The notes under the pieces were generated by a model. It searched no databases. It saw nothing but the letters and a program-made list of their open reading frames with translations, and was not told the origin of the DNA. Below, piece after piece: positions 31,240 through 41,578 of a stretch of 64,000 nucleotides of DNA. Location of the stretch: positions 142,752 through 206,751 of the IMG/VR virus record IMGVR_UViG_3300017917_000952. One strand, written 5' to 3'. Within the stretch, counting starts at the first letter, position 1. The number at the start of each line of letters is the position of its first letter. The position numbers and the translations under genes are program-made.

Positions 31240-32817
31240 ATGGCAGCAGATAATAAACTAGTAAAGACCGCGCACCAAACGCAGAGATTTACAGAAGAAG
31301 ATATCGAAAACCTGATGAAGTGTCAGGATCTTCAAACAGGTGCGACCTACTTCCTTGAAAACTTTTTCTATATTCAGCACCCTACTAAGGGTAAGATGAA
31401 GTATCAGGCTTTTGAATATCAAAAGGAACTATTAAACAGTTATAACTCACATCGCTTTAGCGTTAACATGCTAGGTCGACAGATGGGTAAAACTACTACT
31501 GCGGTGGGGTTTTTGTTATGGTACGGAATGTTTGTACCTAACAGTACTATTCTTATTGCCGCGCACAAATATACAGGCGCACAAGAAATTATGCAGCGTT
31601 TACGTTATGCATATGAAATGTGTCCTGATATGATTAGGGCCGGGGTCGTAAGTTATAACAAGCAGAGTATCGAATTTGAAAACGGCAGTCGTATAGTTGC
31701 ACAAACAACTACAGAAACAACAGGTCGTGGTATGTCTATATCACTACTATACCTAGACGAATTTGCATTCGTTGAACCTAATATTGCAACTGAGTTCTGG
31801 ACTTCTATTTCGCCTACTCTAGCAACTGGTGGTAAAGCCATTATCACTTCTACACCAAACAGCGACGAAGACCAGTTTGCCTTAATTTGGAAAGAAGCAA
31901 ACAAGCGTTTAGACGAGTTCGGCAACAGTACAGAATTAGGAAAGAACGGTTTCTTCCCGTATATGGCTGTGTGGAGCCAGCACCCTGAGCGTGATGAAAA
32001 GTGGGCCAATGAAGAACGTAGTCGTGTAGGCGAAGAAAGATTCCGTCGTGAACACGAATGTGAATTCTTGGTATTTGACGAAACGTTAATTAGTAGTTTA
32101 AAACTTGCCGATCTTGAAGGTACTGAGCCTATTATTAAAATGGGTCAATGCCGCTGGTATAAAAAGATTAATCCGAAGTATACCTATATTGTTGCACTAG
32201 ATCCTAGTTTAGGTACAGGCGGCGACCCTGCAGGTATACAGATCATTGAATTGCCTAGTTTTACACAAGTAGGAGAATGGCATCATAACCTAACACCGAT
32301 ACAGGGACAGATACGTATCTTAAGAGATATCTGCCAATACATTTCTGATGAAGTTACAAAGCGAGGCGCAACACCTAGCCTGTATTATAGCATAGAAAAC
32401 AACAGTGTGGGCGAAGCAGGTCTAGTAGTTATTAACGAAGTGGGCGAAGAAACTATACCAGGTTTGTTCCTAAGCGAACCCATACGTAAAGGACATGTAC
32501 GCCGCTATAGAAAAGGATTTTACTCAACACATACGGCAAAAATATCTGCATGTGCTAAGTTAAAACACTTAATCGAAAGCAATCGTATGCAGATTAACTC
32601 TAAAGCACTGATTTCCGAACTAAAGGCCTACATTGCTAAAGGGCTAGGGTTTGAAGCAAAAACAGGGCAGCACGACGACCTTGTAAGTGCTATGCTTCTA
32701 GCAATACGTATGGCTATGGTACTACAGGACTGGGATCCTGCTGTTTATGACAAAATGCGCGAAGAACGCGAGGACGAATGGGTTATGCCCATGCCAGTGT
32801 ATGTGAGCTCGTTTTAA
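31240..32817 (+). CDS. Terminase large subunit (gp17-like)
   Basis: RQMGKTT Walker A, LYLDEFAF Walker B, ITSTPN, nuclease motif HDDLV. Confidence 0.95.
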   Translation: MAADNKLVKTAHQTQRFTEEDIENLMKCQDLQTGATYFLENFFYIQHPTKGKMKYQAFEYQKELLNSYNSHRFSVNMLGRQMGKTTTAVGFLLWYGMFVPNSTILIAAHKYTGAQEIMQRLRYAYEMCPDMIRAGVVSYNKQSIEFENGSRIVAQTTTETTGRGMSISLLYLDEFAFVEPNIATEFWTSISPTLATGGKAIITSTPNSDEDQFALIWKEANKRLDEFGNSTELGKNGFFPYMAVWSQHPERDEKWANEERSRVGEERFRREHECEFLVFDETLISSLKLADLEGTEPIIKMGQCRWYKKINPKYTYIVALDPSLGTGGDPAGIQIIELPSFTQVGEWHHNLTPIQGQIRILRDICQYISDEVTKRGATPSLYYSIENNSVGEAGLVVINEVGEETIPGLFLSEPIRKGHVRRYRKGFYSTHTAKISACAKLKHLIESNRMQINSKALISELKAYIAKGLGFEAKTGQHDDLVSAMLLAIRMAMVLQDWDPAVYDKMREEREDEWVMPMPVYVSSF

Positions 32818-32831
32818 CTAAATAACATATT

Positions 32832-34817
32832 ATGCAACCAATTCAAATAATCAGCCAAGACCTGTTCGACAAAGTACGTAGCCGTTTCCAAAACTTAGAA
32901 ATGGGCGACGAAACAGGAGCAGTTACTATTGACCCTGCCCTAGCACGTTTCTTTGATTTTGATTTTGTTATCGAAGGTAACAACCTAGGCCGTGTTAGTA
33001 TCAGTTTAAACGAATTGGGCGCATTAAAAGTTTACTACAGTCAAGGCATTACTGAGAATCAGGATGATCCTGCTAAACAGAGTTGGTATAAGTTTCTAAA
33101 AGAAATGCGATTCTTTGCTATGCGTAGACTATTAAGATTTGACACTAGAGATATTAGTAAAACAAATCTTGACAAAAACGATTTTCAACATTTAGCCGCA
33201 ACGCAGGCGCCTAAGGAACAAGATATGCCAGAAACTATGAACGAATCTATGTGGAACCATAAAAGCACAAAGAAAACTAGCCGCGCTGTGCGAGGAACAA
33301 CAGAAGTTATTGTTCGACACAGTAAAGCAGTTGATGAAATGTACCCTGGCGCACGTAGTCAACGTAAAAATATCAAGGCAATTTTTATTCAAAACAAGGA
33401 CGGCGAGCGTTTTAAGTATCCGTTTATTCATCCAGCAGGTGCGTTCGCAATGGCACAGCACGTTGACCATGGCGGTGTACCACATGACGCAGCAGGCAAA
33501 GCAATTATTAGAATGAGTGAGCAGATTGCTCAACTACAAGAATTTCAACGTAAAGTAAGTCGCTCCACCCTGCACGACGATGCCACAGGAATTACAGAGA
33601 AGGCCGTAGGCCGTTTACAACAACTAAAAGCACAGGTGGAAGCATTAGGCAAGCGTCATCACTATGAATGCTGGATGGAAGAATTTGGCGGCCAAGAGGC
33701 AGCAGGTGATGACATTATGGAATTAGATGCTGTTACAATGGAACAGTATAAGCAAGCATTTACACAAACTAGTTTCCAAGAAGAACTAGCAGGGTACTTC
33801 CCGTTATTACACAAGATCATGAGTGAGACAAACACAGTTGATCTTGAAGATTACGTTAGCGAAGAAGGCGAAGACGATACTGTTAAAGACGATACCGATT
33901 TTAAAGAAGATGCGTTTAATGCATTTGAACAATGGGCAGAAGCAGTTGAGCAAGGCAAACTTGCCGACGATGAAATCCAATCACTTAAACAGGCAATTCA
34001 AGATACACAACAATTAGATCTAGGACCCGACGGACAAACTGCATTCCAATTCTTTAGTCAGTTTGGTTTAGATGATGAAGACTTAGAAAACAAATTTAAA
34101 GCAGCGGCAGAATTAGACCCTAAAACAGATCCACTTGAAGTATTCCAATTATGGGCTCAAGAAAACTATCCTGAAATTCTAGTTGCACTAGGTGTTAGCG
34201 GTACAGCAGAACAACCTCCTGCTGCACCCGCTGAACCACCAGCACCCGAGGCTGGCGCAGCACCTGCACCAGAACAACCTACAGCAGAAAACGAAGAAGA
34301 AAAGGGCATGGAAAAAGTAATGCCTACTCGTGAAGGCATTGTTAAAGAAGTTGCTAAAATTGTCAAGAGTTTCTATAACGCAGATAATCCTAACGTAGGA
34401 CCATTCCGCGGTGGCGAAGGCATAGCCCTTGACTGCAAAAAACAAGTTGCTGAAAAATTTGGCGACGAGGCTGGCGAGTTTGCAGAGCAGATTGCCGGTA
34501 AGTTTATTGAAAAATTAACAATGGAATGGCAACAGAAACACGGCAATGTCGGCGATGACGGATTAGCAAGATTGAAAGAACTTGTTCAAAACATTAAAGG
34601 CAAAGTAGAGAGCATCGGGGACGTAGGCGGCCATCCTGGTAAAAATATTATGCCTGCTCAAGATGAAGGCATTGAAGATCGCTTAAAAGACCTAGATCCG
34701 AAAAATCCAGTTAATATTCCTGCATATCAACGTAAGGCTGCGGCCCAAGGCGGCAATCGACCAAAAGAATCTGCAGAAATGGAAAGCATTTTGAAACTAG
34801 CAGGTTTGGCAAAATAA
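32832..34817 (+). CDS. Conserved hypothetical structural protein
   Basis: 661-aa ORF after terminase; IFIQN..GERF.YP motif; Pro/Ala linker; ILKLAGL C-terminus. Confidence 0.55.
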   Translation: MQPIQIISQDLFDKVRSRFQNLEMGDETGAVTIDPALARFFDFDFVIEGNNLGRVSISLNELGALKVYYSQGITENQDDPAKQSWYKFLKEMRFFAMRRLLRFDTRDISKTNLDKNDFQHLAATQAPKEQDMPETMNESMWNHKSTKKTSRAVRGTTEVIVRHSKAVDEMYPGARSQRKNIKAIFIQNKDGERFKYPFIHPAGAFAMAQHVDHGGVPHDAAGKAIIRMSEQIAQLQEFQRKVSRSTLHDDATGITEKAVGRLQQLKAQVEALGKRHHYECWMEEFGGQEAAGDDIMELDAVTMEQYKQAFTQTSFQEELAGYFPLLHKIMSETNTVDLEDYVSEEGEDDTVKDDTDFKEDAFNAFEQWAEAVEQGKLADDEIQSLKQAIQDTQQLDLGPDGQTAFQFFSQFGLDDEDLENKFKAAAELDPKTDPLEVFQLWAQENYPEILVALGVSGTAEQPPAAPAEPPAPEAGAAPAPEQPTAENEEEKGMEKVMPTREGIVKEVAKIVKSFYNADNPNVGPFRGGEGIALDCKKQVAEKFGDEAGEFAEQIAGKFIEKLTMEWQQKHGNVGDDGLARLKELVQNIKGKVESIGDVGGHPGKNIMPAQDEGIEDRLKDLDPKNPVNIPAYQRKAAAQGGNRPKESAEMESILKLAGLAK

Positions 34818-34841
34818 ATCACTTTATCGCAGCCAGATAGG

Positions 34842-34870
34842 TTGCAATGATAAATAAAAGTGCGTAACAT
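34842..34870 (+). promoter_or_regulatory. Sigma70-type promoter (TTGCAA-17-TAACAT) containing a TAAATA box, upstream of the SSB gene
   Basis: Exact 17-bp spacing; overlapped by a hairpin at 34856-34886. Confidence 0.5.
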
Positions 34871-34949
34871 AACGTTATGCACTTTTTCTTTTTTAGTCAG
34901 TGGGCTTTAAAAGAATGGCACATAAAACATTTTATTAAGGAAAAACATT

Positions 34950-35936
34950 ATGGCAACTCTAGCAGAAATTCGCGCAAAACTTCAACAAGCATCTCAAAAT
35001 AACACCGGTGGCGCAACTGGTGGAGACAACGCAATTTACCCCCATTGGAACATTCAAGAAGGCACTAGTGCTACTGTACGATTCCTTCCCGATGGCGATC
35101 CTAACAACACCTTTTTCTGGATTGAACGTGCAATGATCAAATTGCCTTTCGCCGGTATCAAAGGTGAAACTAACAGCAAACCAACAACTGTTCAAGTTCC
35201 TTGTATGGAAATGTGGGGAGAGTCTTGCCCAATTCTAACAGAAGTTCGTCCTTGGTTCAAGGATAAGAGTCTCGAAGAAATGGGTCGTAAGTACTGGAAG
35301 AAGAAGTCTTATCTGTTCCAGGGCTTTGTTGTTGATAGCAAATTGTCCGAAGACAAAACTCCTGAGAATCCTATCCGCCGATTCATTATCGGTAGCCAGA
35401 TTTTTAACATTGTTAAGAATGCGCTGATGGATAGTGAGATCGAAGAACTGCCTACCGACTATGTCCGTGGTCTTGATTTCAAGATTACCAAGACTAGCAA
35501 AGGTGGCTATGCTGACTATTCTACATCTAATTGGGCTCGTCGCGAACGTGCTCTTAGCGATGCAGAAAAGGCTGCAATTGACCAATACGGTCTGTTTAAG
35601 TTGAGCGACTTCCTGCCGAAGAAGCCAACTGAAGTTGAACTCAAGGTTATCAAGGAAATGTTCGAAGCGTCTGTTGACGGCGAAGCATTTGACATGGAAC
35701 GTTGGGGTCAATACTACAAGCCTGCAGGTATGTCTAGTAATACTGCTGGTTCTGCTCCTGCACGCCAGGCAGCACCTGCTCCGGTTGCACAGAAACCTGC
35801 GGTAGAGGAAGACGATCCCCCTTTTGAAACAGCGGCACCTGCCGCAACCCCAGTAGCCGCTCCTGCCGCATCTGGTGATGCAGGTAGTCGTGCCGCAGAC
35901 ATTATCGCGATGATTCGTAATCGTCAAAAGCAATAA
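34950..35936 (+). CDS. Single-stranded DNA-binding protein (gp32-like)
   Basis: VRFLP, C......CP, G.DFKITK..KGGYADY.TS core; Ala/Pro-acidic tail; TAAGGA RBS. Confidence 0.88.
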   Translation: MATLAEIRAKLQQASQNNTGGATGGDNAIYPHWNIQEGTSATVRFLPDGDPNNTFFWIERAMIKLPFAGIKGETNSKPTTVQVPCMEMWGESCPILTEVRPWFKDKSLEEMGRKYWKKKSYLFQGFVVDSKLSEDKTPENPIRRFIIGSQIFNIVKNALMDSEIEELPTDYVRGLDFKITKTSKGGYADYSTSNWARRERALSDAEKAAIDQYGLFKLSDFLPKKPTEVELKVIKEMFEASVDGEAFDMERWGQYYKPAGMSSNTAGSAPARQAAPAPVAQKPAVEEDDPPFETAAPAATPVAAPAASGDAGSRAADIIAMIRNRQKQ

Positions 35937-35953
35937 TTTAAAGGGGAAAAATA

Positions 35954-37012
35954 ATGGCAAAGGCCTTTGATATTTCAAAGTTTCGTAAAACTTTGACTAA
36001 GTCTATTGATGGACTTGGACTAGGATTTAACGATCCTACAGACTGGGTGTCAACAGGTAACTATGCCCTTAACTATCTTATCAGCGGTGACTTCTTCAAA
36101 GGAGTACCGCTAGGTAAGGTAACTGTATTTGCCGGAGAATCCGGAGCAGGTAAATCATATATCTGCTCCGGAAACATCATCCGTCATGCACAGGAACAGG
36201 GCATTTATGTTATTCTAGTTGACTCAGAAAACGCTCTCGATGAAACTTGGTTACACGCACTAGGCGTGGATACAAGTGAACAAAAACTTCTTAAACTCAA
36301 TATGGCAATGATCGATGACGTTGCTAAAACTATCAGCGAGTTTATGAAAGAATACAAATCTATGCCAGAGGACGAGCGTCCAAAGGTATTGTTTGTTATC
36401 GACTCTTTGGGTATGCTTTTGACTCCAACTGATCTAAATCAGTTTGAAGCAGGCGACCTAAAAGGTGACATGGGTCGTAAACCCAAGGCACTGACAGCAC
36501 TTGTTCGTAACTGTGTTAATATGTTTGGTTCATGGAATGTTGGATTAGTTTGTACTAATCACACATACGCAAGCCAGGACATGTTTGATCCAGATGATAA
36601 GATCAGTGGTGGTCAAGGCTTTATCTACGCAAGTTCCATTGTTGTCGCTATGAAAAAACTCAAACTTAAAGAGGATGAGGATGGCAACAAGGTTAGTGAT
36701 GTTCTTGGTATTCGTTCTGCCTGCAAGGTTATGAAAACACGTTATGCCAAGCCATTCGAAAGCGTTCAGGTTAAGATTCCTTACTCAACTGGCATGGCTC
36801 CTACCTCCGGACTTGTTGACTTATTTGAGAAGATGGGTGTATTATCTAAAGTAGGTAATAAACTTGCTTATACAGATAAGGAAAGTGGAGAAATTGTAGC
36901 CGAGTTCCGCAAGAACTGGACTGAAGATAAACTAATGCTAATTATGAAGCAATGGGACGAATCAACAGTACAACCAACGGCTGTAGACGAACCCGCTGAG
37001 TCAGAGGAATAA
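35954..37012 (+). CDS. uvsX: RecA-like recombinase UvsX
   Basis: GESGAGKS Walker A, VIDSLG Walker B, NHTY, SGGQG; clustered with UvsY and UvsW. Confidence 0.9.
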   Translation: MAKAFDISKFRKTLTKSIDGLGLGFNDPTDWVSTGNYALNYLISGDFFKGVPLGKVTVFAGESGAGKSYICSGNIIRHAQEQGIYVILVDSENALDETWLHALGVDTSEQKLLKLNMAMIDDVAKTISEFMKEYKSMPEDERPKVLFVIDSLGMLLTPTDLNQFEAGDLKGDMGRKPKALTALVRNCVNMFGSWNVGLVCTNHTYASQDMFDPDDKISGGQGFIYASSIVVAMKKLKLKEDEDGNKVSDVLGIRSACKVMKTRYAKPFESVQVKIPYSTGMAPTSGLVDLFEKMGVLSKVGNKLAYTDKESGEIVAEFRKNWTEDKLMLIMKQWDESTVQPTAVDEPAESEE

Positions 37013-37013
37013 A

Positions 37014-37268
37014 ATGGAAGAAGATCTAATCATTGAAATTTGGGATGTTTTCAAAGAATACATCTCCGACAAAAACAAAGAAACAGCCGCAAATCACTTT
37101 GTCGATATGCTTATCGGCAAAGATGTAGAAATCAGTGTGCTCAAAGGCATGATGGGGTATGATCCTCATCTTGACGATGCAATCACTCTTGCTACACAAG
37201 ATGAATTCGAAGAGGATGACGAATCCTACGACGAAGACGGCTGGGACTATGACGAAGACGAGGAATAA
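37014..37268 (+). CDS. Small acidic hypothetical protein
   Basis: 84-aa ORF with Asp/Glu tail; GAGGA RBS. Confidence 0.65.
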   Translation: MEEDLIIEIWDVFKEYISDKNKETAANHFVDMLIGKDVEISVLKGMMGYDPHLDDAITLATQDEFEEDDESYDEDGWDYDEDEE

Positions 37269-37271
37269 CTC

Positions 37272-37727
37272 ATGTCCTGGTATGCTAAAGTCTCTAAGGA
37301 CATAGCACACCTTCCCGGTTGTTTAGATCACTTTTACACAGAGTTAGAATCAGCAAGATCAGAGGTCAAAATCTACGGAAACGTAGAGAAGGCCTCTGCC
37401 TTGCTTCCTGGCATTGTAGAGCATAGATTTAATCAACTCCAGGAAATTGAGGCTATCCTAGAATATCTCAACATTGAACTGAGAAGAATCAAATCTAAGG
37501 CATTTAAAAAATACTTAGAAAATTATCAACGGGCATTGAGCAGTCGAGATTGTGAAAAATACGTTGAAGGAGAGGCAGATGTTGTTGATATGGAAAAAAT
37601 TATCAACGAATTTGCTATGTTGCGTAACCAATGGTTAGGAATCATTAAAGGTTTGGATATCAAGCAGTGGCAATTGAGTAACATCATCAAATTAAGAGCC
37701 GCCGGTCTTGAAGATATTTCACTTTGA
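37272..37727 (+). CDS. uvsY: Recombination mediator UvsY-like
   Basis: Helical protein with YVEGE.D and K.WQL.NI.KL..AG; position after uvsX. Confidence 0.7.
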   Translation: MSWYAKVSKDIAHLPGCLDHFYTELESARSEVKIYGNVEKASALLPGIVEHRFNQLQEIEAILEYLNIELRRIKSKAFKKYLENYQRALSSRDCEKYVEGEADVVDMEKIINEFAMLRNQWLGIIKGLDIKQWQLSNIIKLRAAGLEDISL

Positions 37728-37736
37728 GTGTATAAT
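37708..37736 (+). promoter_or_regulatory. Sigma70 promoter giving a leaderless mRNA
   Basis: TTGAAG-17-TATAAT-6-ATG(37743). Confidence 0.6.
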
Positions 37737-37742
37737 ATTGCT

Positions 37743-38915
37743 ATGAACATCGAAGACCTCATCTCTGAACTGGTATTTGCTAGAATTAGTCTGCAAACCT
37801 ACGACACCAATTTGGTTTATAGTTTTTATGACCAAATTTCTCGAGGAAGCGGCCTGACAGAAAAGCAAAGTGTTTTGGCAGTTAGAATTTTAAAGCGTTA
37901 CAGTCAGCAGTTGAGTCAATTTTTGAACAAAGATGTGTCGTCGTTTCTTCAAAGTCCGGCATTTCGCTTGCCTATCCGTAAAATAAGCAATGATAGAAGA
38001 CTAACCATTGCTACCCATAGTACCATGGGTCGGGTAATTAAGGCAGTTTTTCCATATAACGAAAAAACTGTGGAAAATATCCGAAAAAATCGTGACTCGC
38101 TTGGACAAGCACAATGGGACAAAGACGAAAAATGCTGGTTTTTCAGTTTAAATGAAAATTCGCTCCAATTTTTGTCAACACTGGAACAGTTCGAATACGA
38201 CGAGACCGTGGAATTGTTCATTAATCAAATCAAGGACATACATAATGACATTGAAAATTATGTCCCGATGTTAATTGTTGAAGATTTGAAGCCAAAACTT
38301 AAAAATTGTGACAAAAATATGCCTGATTTGAACCAAAACGACTTCATTTCTGCAATTTTTGAAGCCAGAAAAAGAGGTGTGTGTACTTGGGACGATACTA
38401 TCAATAGATTCATTGATAGTGACGAAGTCGATCCTATTACACGAGAGTTCTTAAAAACCGATCCAGGCGAAAAATTCGGTGTGGACAGCGAAATTCACCA
38501 AATTTTTAGCCTATCTACAGTTGTTGCAAACCTACTGCCTGTAATGGTAGTGATCCCCGGTGGTGACGAGTTAGATAAAATGACACTGGCCCGAGATTTT
38601 TTTAAAGATTTGGGAATTGAAAATGAAGAAATGAGTGTAATGTTTAGATTGCCCTCAAATACTCACGGATTGTTCAATGAGTATGTAAAACTTAATGAAC
38701 TAAATTCACCTATCTCAGAAAAAACTAAGGTTGTCTTTGTCAGCAGTAAAATTCCTAAACCAATTTTTAAGTCAAAAATAAAATTCAACTGCATTTTGAA
38801 TCTTGGGTATAGCAATGTTCACTATACTATGCAGAATTTTTTAAAAAATCACGAAAATGCTATAATGTATAGTAAAGCAAAAGAAATAAAAAATTTAAAA
38901 TATGGCTTCCTGTAA
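37743..38915 (+). CDS. Conserved hypothetical protein upstream of UvsW
   Basis: Start reassigned to MNIEDL; LT.KQ and WD...K.W motifs. Confidence 0.65.
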   Translation: MNIEDLISELVFARISLQTYDTNLVYSFYDQISRGSGLTEKQSVLAVRILKRYSQQLSQFLNKDVSSFLQSPAFRLPIRKISNDRRLTIATHSTMGRVIKAVFPYNEKTVENIRKNRDSLGQAQWDKDEKCWFFSLNENSLQFLSTLEQFEYDETVELFINQIKDIHNDIENYVPMLIVEDLKPKLKNCDKNMPDLNQNDFISAIFEARKRGVCTWDDTINRFIDSDEVDPITREFLKTDPGEKFGVDSEIHQIFSLSTVVANLLPVMVVIPGGDELDKMTLARDFFKDLGIENEEMSVMFRLPSNTHGLFNEYVKLNELNSPISEKTKVVFVSSKIPKPIFKSKIKFNCILNLGYSNVHYTMQNFLKNHENAIMYSKAKEIKNLKYGFL

Positions 38916-40362
38916 AATTATTATTAAAGACGAAGTCAATGTTAAGATAGAAAATTTAGATCTTGACACGAGAAAGGCATTAGTCCGTAAATTTAAGTAC
39001 GAAGACCCTACTGCACGGTATCGTCCGGCCTACAAACTGGGGCGTTGGGACGGTACTGTGAGTTTTTTCGGTCTTGGAGGAACAACTTATCTGTCAATGT
39101 TGCCTCAGGTATTAGAATATCTCGAGGCAGCAAATTATTACATTGAACTTGAAGATCATAGGAATCCTACAGACCTAAAATTTGAGGAAATTTCTGAAGA
39201 TTTTTGGGGTGAAAAATGCTGGCCCGAAGGACACAGGTTTGCAGGAGAACCTATTAGACTGCGTGATGATCAAGTTGAAGTTATCAATAAATTTTTAGAG
39301 AATCCGCAGTGCATACAAGAAATTGCAACTGGTTTTGGTAAGACCATTACCACCGCAACTTTGGCAAAAATTTGTGAAAAATATGGTAGAACAGTCACTA
39401 TTGTCCCGAACAAGTCACTTGTCGAGCAAACAGAAGAAGATTTTATTAACGTTGGCCTTGACGTCGGAGTTTACTACGGCGACAGAAAAGATCTTAATAA
39501 AACACATACTATCTGCACTTGGCAAAGTTTGAATATTTTAGACAAAAAATCCAAGGAAATTAGCGACGAAGAACTGCTAACATTAGCCGAGTTACTAGAA
39601 GGTGTGCAGACTGTTATGGTTGACGAAGTACACATGGCTAAGGCAGAAGTTCTTAAAAACCTATTAACAAGAAATTTAGCAAATGCACCCATTCGTTGGG
39701 GGCTTACTGGCACTGTACCTAAGGCAGATCACGAATTTCAAAGTATTCGTGCCGCACTTGGAGAAGTAGTTCATCAAGTTAAGGCACATGAATTACAAGA
39801 GAAAGGCGTTCTCAGTAATTGCCACGTACAGGTCATACAGACCGCAGAGTGGAAAGAGTTTGGCGGGTATGCCGAAGAGCTAAAATACCTGGTTACAAAC
39901 GAAGAACGCATGAGTTACATTGCAAATCTAATTACAGGCATTGCCGAATCTGGCAACACGCTGGTGTTAGTTGACCGAATTGAAAGCGGAAAATTTTTAA
40001 CCGACAGACTCACTGATAGCGTATTCATATCAGGTGCTGTAAAAACCAAAGACAGAAAGGAAGAATACCGTGAAGTGGCAACTGCTGATAACAAGATTAT
40101 TGTGGCGACTTATGGTGTGGCCGCTGTGGGTATTAATATTCCTCGTATTTTTAATTTGGTTCTTTTGGAGCCCGGAAAGAGCTTTGTCCGCGTTATACAA
40201 TCAATTGGGCGTGGCATTAGAAAAGCAGAAGACAAAGACTTCGTCCAGATTTGGGATGTCACAGCGGCAACCAAGTACGCTAAACGGCACCTTACGGAAA
40301 GGAAGAAGTTTTATAAAGAAGCCAAGTATCCGTTTACGATTGAGAAAGTGAAATACCAATAA
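38902..40362 (+). CDS. uvsW: SF2 DNA helicase UvsW-like
   Basis: ATGFGKT, DEVH, GLTGT and QSIGRG.R helicase motifs; TGCTATAAT extended -10 at 38858-66. Confidence 0.9.
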   Translation: MASCKIIIKDEVNVKIENLDLDTRKALVRKFKYEDPTARYRPAYKLGRWDGTVSFFGLGGTTYLSMLPQVLEYLEAANYYIELEDHRNPTDLKFEEISEDFWGEKCWPEGHRFAGEPIRLRDDQVEVINKFLENPQCIQEIATGFGKTITTATLAKICEKYGRTVTIVPNKSLVEQTEEDFINVGLDVGVYYGDRKDLNKTHTICTWQSLNILDKKSKEISDEELLTLAELLEGVQTVMVDEVHMAKAEVLKNLLTRNLANAPIRWGLTGTVPKADHEFQSIRAALGEVVHQVKAHELQEKGVLSNCHVQVIQTAEWKEFGGYAEELKYLVTNEERMSYIANLITGIAESGNTLVLVDRIESGKFLTDRLTDSVFISGAVKTKDRKEEYREVATADNKIIVATYGVAAVGINIPRIFNLVLLEPGKSFVRVIQSIGRGIRKAEDKDFVQIWDVTAATKYAKRHLTERKKFYKEAKYPFTIEKVKYQ

Positions 40363-40865
40363 TGCAAATTTTAACCCTAGAAAACAAAACATTTTATCTT
40401 AATGATCTACCCGAAGAGATTGAAGACGATCTTCGGTTCTCAGTATTAGATAATTCAGACAGCAGCAATCCTGATCATTTTTTCATTCCGTTAATTTTCT
40501 TAGAAAGTTTTACAGGTCCTGCGGTTGTACTTAAGGTAGGACCACATGAAGTAACAATGCCTCTGGATTGGTGTACTATCGTTGGCGACCCAGAAGGGCC
40601 CGACATGGAAATACTACCGTTAACGAGCCTCAACGATAGAGGATTTAAAACATTTTGTTTTAATCCTATTAGCGGGTTCAGACCGGAATTTTTAGAAATT
40701 GACATCATAGATGTTTACCAAGATGTGAAATGGTATTTTCCTAAGATGAAGCCGGGTCAATTGCTATGTACACCTTTACATGCAGGCGAAAAACCACTGT
40801 GTGCATATTTTGTTAAAGAAGTAAGTCGTCAAAGCGAACTGGTAGATTATACTAAGTGTTGGTAA
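40362..40865 (+). CDS. Conserved hypothetical protein
   Basis: 167 aa; TAATG coupling to uvsW. Confidence 0.65.
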   Translation: MQILTLENKTFYLNDLPEEIEDDLRFSVLDNSDSSNPDHFFIPLIFLESFTGPAVVLKVGPHEVTMPLDWCTIVGDPEGPDMEILPLTSLNDRGFKTFCFNPISGFRPEFLEIDIIDVYQDVKWYFPKMKPGQLLCTPLHAGEKPLCAYFVKEVSRQSELVDYTKCW

Positions 40866-40866
40866 T

Positions 40867-41133
40867 ATGGAATCTCGATTTGAGCCAGGTCAGCGGTACG
40901 TTTACGAACATGTAGACGGAGTTACCTATGCAAGAAAATCAGGTGATCCTGTTAGTTCAAGATTTGAAATCGGGAGGACATGGGAAAGAGTCAGCCACGA
41001 CGCAGAGTTAAAAAGGCAGGACTTGTGGAAAAATATCTATAAGGCTGCTGAAGATAATCCTGCCTTGCAAAAAGCAATTGATGAATGTATATTACTATAT
41101 TACCTGAGTAAAAAAGATGGCAGCGAAACTTGA
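40867..41133 (+). CDS. Hypothetical protein
   Basis: 88 aa; YE..DG.TYAR..G motif. Confidence 0.6.
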   Translation: MESRFEPGQRYVYEHVDGVTYARKSGDPVSSRFEIGRTWERVSHDAELKRQDLWKNIYKAAEDNPALQKAIDECILLYYLSKKDGSET

Positions 41134-41578
41134 TATTAAGAGAGAATTAAATGCAGTAGATCGTAAAATTTACGACTTCTATGAAAACCTTACGGATGAA
41201 GAAAAGAAAGCATTTAGTCCTTATGTTTTGATGCGGTATACTAGTAATGTACAAGGTGACCGAGATATTCAAGAATGGTTCCTTGAGATGACCAATGAAT
41301 GTGTCAATAAAAATCATTGGGATCTAAGTAAGAATCATAAAGCACTTTTGTGGAAACTATTTGCAGCCACAGGTGCTGGTGTAAACTGTTATCATCCTTA
41401 CATTGCAGCAGGCAAAAAAGAAAAAGCAAATAAGATAGAAAAATTGCTGGCAGAAATTTATCCCGCAAGGAAGATGGAAGATATTAAACTGTTAGCATCT
41501 ATGATGACCGAAAAAGACAAACAGGAATTGTTTGACAAAATGGGTTTTGATAAAAAGCAACGGAAAGAATACGAGTGA
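41117..41578 (+). CDS. Putative clamp-loader small subunit (gp62-like)
   Basis: FSPYVLMRY.S motif, size and replication context. Confidence 0.5.
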   Translation: MAAKLDIKRELNAVDRKIYDFYENLTDEEKKAFSPYVLMRYTSNVQGDRDIQEWFLEMTNECVNKNHWDLSKNHKALLWKLFAATGAGVNCYHPYIAAGKKEKANKIEKLLAEIYPARKMEDIKLLASMMTEKDKQELFDKMGFDKKQRKEYE

